Assembly: GCA_946965045.2 (NCBI GenBank)
Contig: OX337239.1
Span: 1,054,001-1,118,000, forward strand
Direction: 5' to 3'
Origin: Epithemia pelagica
Taxonomy: Eukaryota > Protista > Bacillariophyta
Length of the DNA stretch: 64,000 nucleotides
Shown here piece after piece: positions 57,026 through 64,000 of the stretch. Under the pieces are notes generated by a model. That model had not been told where the DNA came from. It saw only the letters and a list, made by a program, of their open reading frames with translations, and did not search any database. The position numbers were made by a program, and so were the translations under genes. Numbering within the stretch: the first letter of the stretch is position 1; every line of letters begins with the position of its first letter.

Positions 57026-57137
57026 GAGTCCCACTTTACCATAGACAGTAACGTACTAAAAATCTTACAAGCAGCAGACCGAAAAAAGAAGCAACCCAAC
57101 AACGACGACTGTACACCAAACCCGAGGCACTATCAAC

Positions 57138-60100
57138 ATGTCGTCGTCGTCTCGATCGGCCTCACAATCGAAAACACACCCTCTTTCGTCGTCGTCGAAT
57201 ACTAGCAATAGCACTGGGTCTCCACCTTCCAAACGCCAATGTACCACCCGAAGTCGCACCAGTCAGTCCCCGCCACAACAACAACAACCGAATCCTCCCC
57301 TTCCAACGACAAATTGGGAACCCTCTCAAGCATCGCAATGGACTGTCTTGCATCAATGTACCCATTGGTCATGGATGTATACGAGCAATCAGGAATGGCA
57401 TGGACAAGGAACGACCAAACTCTTTGTCCTTCCCCGTCGTCGAACCACAACCAGCAGTAGCAACCAGCCGACACCAACCACAACCACCAACAACAACACA
57501 TCCTTGGAATCCTTGGCCTTGCATTTACGTGGCACTGTGCAAGTCCAATCCATTCAAGTTCATGCCATGGGTGTCGTCCAGGATGGTACCAACAACAACA
57601 ACAAAAATAGCAATACCACCAACCACAAGAACGACCGGACGGAACCGGGTGCCGTGTCCTTGCAGGCCTGTTCCAACGTTTCCTATTTGCATGCCGATCC
57701 CTTGGAATGTGTCTTGTGGAGTCCCCGAACCAGTCCAACGGCCAACAACAACAACAACAACAAGAACCAGAACAAATGTCAAGCCGATGGACAATGTTCT
57801 AGGGGCGCTGCTGGCATGACCTTGGGATTGCGAGCGGCCAGCATTGCCAGTTTGCAAGGACAATTGCAAATCCAATACCAACGACCGACATCCTCCCTGG
57901 CCCTATTGTCGTCATCCAAAGACCAAGATAATGATCATGGCGGCGACAAGAACAAGAAGGCAACCGACCCCCCGAGTGGTTCGCAGCAGCAACAGCAGCA
58001 GCAGCAAGTTCAAGAGGCTTGGAAGACGGCCTTGCAACAGCAGCAACCACAAACTGCTGGTACAGCCGTGACAAAACTGCAAACCAAATTGCGACACGAA
58101 CGTCAACGGTCGCAATACGAAGCTCGTCTCGAGTCCATGAGCAAACTCTTGGCGCAAGCTACCACGACCACCACAACCACAACTACCACCAATGCGGCGG
58201 CACCTCTGCAAGTGACAATTCACTTTTCCATCACTTCATCCTCCTCATCATCACAGCAACATTGGGGTGGCTTGCACGTGTTGTCCAAAGGATGTACGCC
58301 ACATATTTATACGACGAGTGGCGTTCATGGAGATGCCAGTGAAGGACCGTCCTGTTGGGTTCCTTGTTTGGATTCGGCCGCCGTCCATCATCGGGCTACG
58401 CACGAATGGTCCATATCGGTAACGGCTCCCATGTCGCAAGGGCTGTCCAGTGTGGGTATGGGACAAGATTTGGGACTTCAACAATCCTACTTGCATTTAC
58501 TCTCACCGCCGACAACAACAGCAATGTCATTTTCAGCCAAGGATTCCACCAAGCGACTGTGTCGACACGTGTTGGGACCACAACACTGGGACTTTTGTCA
58601 AGGCATTCTGCAACAAGAGCAAGAAGAACAAGAACAACAAGCCTTGTCGTCATTGACACACACTACGCATGTGATTCCACCCGACGATGACGATGATAAT
58701 GAAAATACAACGGGTGGAATGTCGGTGTTGAAAGTACACAATGTGTGGGCCACCAGTATTTGGTGTTCGGCCACATGGTCTCCCATATCGCCCCGGTCCT
58801 TTGGCTTTGCCATTGGTCCCTTTTGTACCTTGGCCGATGCCGAATATGTCAGTACCATTGCTGTTACCTCGCAACCATTGGAAGAAGACGACGATAATGA
58901 TGAACAACAACCACAAGTTGCATCCAAAGATGGACCCCAAAATAGTGCATATACGACCGATTCAAAAGTGCAATCGCAGAATACGACAGAAACAGATAAT
59001 CCAAATACAGGGTCAGACCAAACAACGAACTCAAATTCCATGGACATCTCTCAAGATGAGGTTCTTGAAGAGGGAGAGGAAGAAGACCACGACGACGAAG
59101 AAGAAGACGAATCGATCGACGAGCCTGACACGTCCAAAACTGTGGAAGAAACTCAAGCTCAGTACATTCAAGCGGCTTACGAACGAGGAGAGGGGATTCG
59201 ACAAGTCTATTTTGCTCCTGTTTGTTGGCGTAAACACATTTTCGCGCATCAAGCAAGTCGCATGTTGCTGCCAAATCACAGTGCACGATTGGCTCTGCGG
59301 GATTTGACCCTGTCGCAAAAAGTGTGGATGCAGCAATTGGAAGAAACCATTCAAGCAGCAACCGTCGGCGTCCCCCATCGAGCCTTGTCGTTGATGCGGG
59401 ACTTGTTGGCTGTACCCGAATACCGGACCGTTTCGTATACACAAGTATGGATCCCCAATGCCGTTCACGGTGGTTGTTCCAGTGGATCCCTTCATCAGTG
59501 TCCTGAAGTCATGATCAATCCCTTTCTGGGTGGAGCAATTATGGATGCTCGTCTCTTGCCACCCTTACAGACACGATTGCCGTACTACAACAGTGGCCGT
59601 GCGTTGCAATTTTTGCAAGCGCGCAATGCCATCCGCGGCTGGATTCAGGCCTCATTGCCCTTGGGAGGTGGTGGAGACGACGATGTCGGACATGGCTACA
59701 TACTGCGTTTATGGGAAGCCTTAATTATGAGTTGCTACGAACGAGGACATGGGGCCTTTGGCGAGGGAGGGGCTGCGGCAGCGGCTCGTGGAGGCGGCGG
59801 GGGTGGATTGTTTGGGACCCGTCGCTATGCCGCGCAGAGTGGTTTGAACAGCACCAATTTAGATTTCTTACCGATTCGAAACTTGTGGGAAGATCACATG
59901 TTCTCGTCGGGAGCGGCCATGTTTGACGCGGGGCATGGCGGTATGGGCATGGATGGATCCATGGGTGTCACTCCAATGGGTAAGAAGACAATTTTCCCAT
60001 TGTTTGGCCGATGTCTTTTTTTCTGACGTGTTCTTGATTTGCGCGTTTCCTTATTGCAATCATGAATGAAATGGATATTGCAGACGAATCTCAAAACGAT

Positions 60101-63100
60101 TACTTGTGGCGATCGGCGACCAACGGAACCGAATCCCATACATCTGGCATTGACGAGTACAACATTCGTCACTTGTTGCGAAAAGATGTAATTGAAGCGG
60201 TAGAACGTGGAACTGATAAAGACAAGCAAGTTCCATCTCCGGGAATGGGTTGGGGTGGTGTATTTGGATCGTACCTCTCTTGCACCTATTTGTCGAGCAA
60301 CGCCTCTTCCAGCAGTCAACTGGGATGCGGAGCAGTTGAAATGATGCATCCTCTTGGTGGTTTAGTCTATCGGGCGATGAAGATTGATGTTTTTCGCGCA
60401 GTGGTGGAAGGACGTGCGGGGATTGCGAATTTCTTGCGATTAGCTCGGGCTACCTTTGTGGCGGCTCACCTTTCCGACATTGGAGAAAAGACCTTGGTCC
60501 TCCCCAAACGACCCGAATCTAAAAAGATGGGCAGCAACAAAGAAGGTCAACAACAAACCATGTACGATGAAGATCTGCCTCCCTTTGTTGTCTGTGTCAA
60601 CGAAATTCTTGCCAAGGGCGGACTTACACACACATTGTTCACGAGAGCTTTACAAAACATGTGTGGAAGACATCGTGAACCCTACTTGGCCGGGACGTTG
60701 GTAGATGTCGAACGAGAAGCACAGGATCCACGAACACGAAAGTCATTTGTAGACTCGGAAGGCTTTCCTAATTCCTATTTACGTGCATCCAGCATGTTGT
60801 ACTGTCGAGTGGGTGTTCAGGTCGAACAACACAGCCGCGATACAGCAGGCATGGCAGGTGGAGGTTCTGCTGCTGCAGCTTCCAAAAGCACACAGTGTCA
60901 GATTTATGCCGAACCGATAATACCGGAAGGTGGTGTAGCATTTGGAGGACCTATTACGGTGCGGGTTGTGGAGAATGAAGGGCAGTTCCGAGAATATGAG
61001 AAGGACTTGTTGGCCGATGGCAGTCGACGAGATTGGGGATCGATGACATTGCACGCCAAGCCAGTTTCCACTCCTCAAGCTCAGGTAGGCCTATGCTCTC
61101 CCAATAACCAAAAGAAGCAATGTATCGTCACGTCGATACTCTAACTTGTTATTTGTTTCTTATCGAATAGACTGCTGCAAGCGGAGCATTGGAACGTAAG
61201 GGATCCAAGGGAGGTTCTGATTTGGGGAAGATACAGAGTGCTGGAGGTGCTTTTACCAATTCAAGTTTTCATGGAGGAGGATTCCAGGCAATTGAGCTTG
61301 TCCGCCTTACAAACTTAAGTCCGCTTCTTTGGGTCCGTGTTGACCCCTTTGATATATATTGTGGTCGAATATCAGTTGTTCAACCCGATGCATGTCTTGC
61401 AGAGGAACTTTTTCATGACGGCGATGCAAGTGCACAGGTCGATGCAATTAGAAGCCTTGCTGAGCGTCCTCTTCGTATCCAGGGGTCCATGAAAGTGTCT
61501 GTAGTTCACGGAGTCAATGTTTCGGAACTGCCCGTTCGGCTTTTGAGCGACTGTCTCAAAGGATCCTCGGCTCTTCATAGTTCATTGCCTCATACACCTG
61601 GCGTCCGTAGTCACGCAGCGCTGGCGATAGCTCAGTGGCAAAACAACAAGGGACCTCCTTCCAAGAACACGGCGGGGACAGATAGTTGGCTGGGTCTTGA
61701 TCTCTTGATTGAATACTTTCAAGAACGATTCTGTAGCAATTCAGTTACAATGCCTGTTAAGTTCTCCAGAGTCGCCATCAAGAACAGCGAGGCAGAAGCA
61801 CGGGCAGCGAACAATGCCATGGAAGGAGGTGGTGCAAACCCTATGAGTTCTCACGATGAATCCTTGTATGAATACTTGGACACACTAGATGAAGGTGACG
61901 AACGAAAGACGTCATTGAAGCGTGCCGAGGACGTGGAAGTGGAAGAAGATGAGGAATATCGTGTCCGATCTGCGTGTGTCACCGCGATTGCTTCAATTAG
62001 AGCTCAGGATGGGCAAACTCCGGATGCTGTTATCAATTTCTTGGAATCGGTTTTGGAAGCAGAAGATGCATCAGTTATTCCCAACGTGACATGTCCTGAT
62101 GATGAGACAATGGCTGAGCATGACTTTGTGCGAATGAAGAAAGAACGCGCGAGAAGGCGCAAACAGAGAACTGATGCCGACGGTGAAGAGACACCGGCGC
62201 CTTGGTTCCCTTATAACTCGGGGACTTTGGTTGCGGATACCTTACTTGCCACATGTCATGTCAACGCATGGCCATCTGTATACACAGATCCAGCGACTGG
62301 GGTGACAGTCGAAACGTCTGGAAAGCATCCCGTGACAAAACTCATCGAACTAACTAAGTGTTGGCTGGAATGGGAGCTCTTTCGTGAACGAGTACGCTCT
62401 GATATGGAGGGAAAAGAAGGTGAGACATTGGTCGGCGGGAACTGCTTCGACGTTGTTTCAGCTTGTGCCATTGTGGCTTTGGCAAACCTTGTAATGTTGA
62501 AGCAGTGCACAACAACAAGTTCCACCCCCAAGTCGAGTGAACAAAGTTTGGACGATGGAGACACCATAGACCAAGTAACGACAGCAGAATATTATGGTAA
62601 TATTCTCGACTCAAAGTTCATTTTGAATGATCTTACAAGAGCTGCAGCGGCGCAAGCCTTGACATGCATCTGTTGTGCAGCGGATCGATTTGAGGTGGAC
62701 GCTGCGCCAGCTTTGGGGCTGTTGACTTCTCTGGAAATCTTATTGACTCACATTGCAAGTGATGAAACGTCTCCTTCGCTTCGTCAGACATTGGCGCAAA
62801 TCATGATGGATGCATGTACAGGGAAAGTCTGTTCCATGCAACGGGTTGGTGCGATCGCGGGACGGAATGATTTGTATTCATCCGCCTCTCGTTTCTTCTG
62901 CGGCCCGCTGGGTTCCAGTCATGGTGGCGACAATGGCAGCTCAATGTTAACAACAGTTTCGGCAGCGTCTTCGCCGGCGGCATCCGCTGTTAACGATGGA
63001 GCGAGACGAGGTCTAAAGTTGCTGAATCGAGCTGGTCACCCCCGCGGCGAGGCCGTTAGCCGTGAAGTTGTGGTTCGTGTCGCAATTTTTGCGACTCGTT

Positions 63101-63699
63101 TATGGAGGATAATAAATGGAGAAACCCCGGAACCATGTTCAAACGCTTTTACAAGCAGGTATGCTCGACCGAGTATAGGTGTTTGTGCCTACGACGGAGT
63201 CCTTCGGTGTTCTCTACTGTCTTTGTGGTTGTGGCTCTGGCCAAAGGGATGCTTCGCTGTTCTTCAAGTACAGTCTTGGAAGACTATGGAGAATACACCT
63301 GAATACGCGGCCATCGGTGCGGACCGTGTTATGAAGATTACAGAAGAAGAAAAAGCAGCGGCTGCTGTGGAAGAGAACTCATTGAATGAACTAGGGCGCT
63401 TGGTTCAAATGGAAATTGACCGTCAAGCTTGGCGAGGTGAAATGGCTTCCAAATCCTACACCCTGTTCAAGGCGGTCGGTGGAAGTGGAGCAGCTGCATC
63501 GGTTGATACGGGCGCAGCTGAGCAGGGTATTGGTCAACCATTACCACCTATTCAGCGGGATGCAGCATTCAAACAAGGTGGTTGGATTGCATCAGCGGCG
63601 CAGCAACGCAGAGCATTAGCGTTGGACGGAGGAACGGTCGTGACAAAGCTACGTCTCAAGGTTGGAAACAGCAACACTGGTGGAAATGGAACTAAATAA
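57138..63699 (+). CDS. TAF2: TFIID subunit TAF2 (inactive M1-aminopeptidase fold), ~2,123 aa
   Basis: Exons 57138-59979, 60084-61084 and 61171-63699 join in frame at GT-AG introns. TAF2-type motifs 'SCWVPCLDS', 'FGFAIGPF', 'SPLLWVRVDP...QPD..LAEELFHDGDASAQVDAIRSL' and 'YRVRSAC'. No HEXXH motif seen. Confidence 0.82.
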
Positions 63700-64000
63700 A
63701 CTATGATCATATCCGATGTTGAGATTGACGGGTTGTATGAGCAGAGCGTCCGAATCACAAAAAGTACATACTTGGGCATCGTCTCTATGGTGACTGGGGA
63801 CACCGCCCGAATGTGCGACATGCATCCTCACGGCGGATCGGTCGCGGTTCACGAAACGACGATGGGCAAAAGGTCCGAGGAGATGATGAGATCCTTCGAC
63901 ATTTTGTTGGTTGTTCCATGGTGCAGTTGGTGATGTCAATATCACTCTATTCTGAAGACGCTTGACCCACGACGAGTGAAGGAAGCAGAAGCAACAGCTG

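Larger units (their letters stand above)
50011..57062 (+). mobile_element. CRE-like non-LTR retrotransposon (RLE type), two ORFs, apparently intact; exact ends not determined
   Basis: Two long intronless, A/C-rich, T-poor ORFs in tandem. ORF2 encodes zinc fingers, RT and a restriction-like endonuclease. Short 3' UTR ending near AAAAA at 57058-62. No convincing TSD was found. Confidence 0.88.

Noticed and set aside
49742-57057. ACGTACT at 49742, 49882 and 57051 as a target-site duplication for the retrotransposon
   Set aside because: Only 7 bp and two alternative upstream copies. With free choice of both ends, such matches are expected by chance.
57138-63699. Active M1 aminopeptidase
   Set aside because: No HEXXH zinc motif or GAMEN motif was seen; the conserved blocks match TAF2.

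Overview
Gene-dense eukaryotic nuclear DNA with short GT-AG introns. The gene content points to a pennate diatom (inference from a bHLH-PAS factor, a guanylate-cyclase-type PDE remnant and low-complexity T/Q/S tracts). Host genes: five paralogous vacuolar-sorting-receptor (VSR/BP-80)-like genes with an identical 4-exon layout, a compact ABC protein, a PTPLA/HACD dehydratase fused to a Rossmann-like domain, a PDE pseudogene, a TMEM272-like protein, a bHLH-PAS factor, a cis-prenyltransferase, an 11-mer-repeat membrane protein, two 'LGD(N/H)P.V.SGVPVT.QW' motif paralogues and TAF2. Two mobile elements occupy about 14 kb. (1) A 6,990-bp IS630/Tc1/mariner-type DNA transposon at 39296-46285 has 31-bp TIRs and a TA target duplication. 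It carries a large DDE transposase with one in-frame TGA plus three cargo genes: a SET-domain protein with an acidic tail, a predicted PH-fold protein and a spliced basic protein. This is the most interesting item and may be a transposon-borne chromatin-modifying module (inference). (2) A two-ORF CRE-like non-LTR retrotransposon (about 50.0-57.1 kb) sits between two divergent host genes, just upstream of TAF2. All family calls come from motif recognition by eye; no database search was run. No rRNA, tRNA or CRISPR array was recognised.
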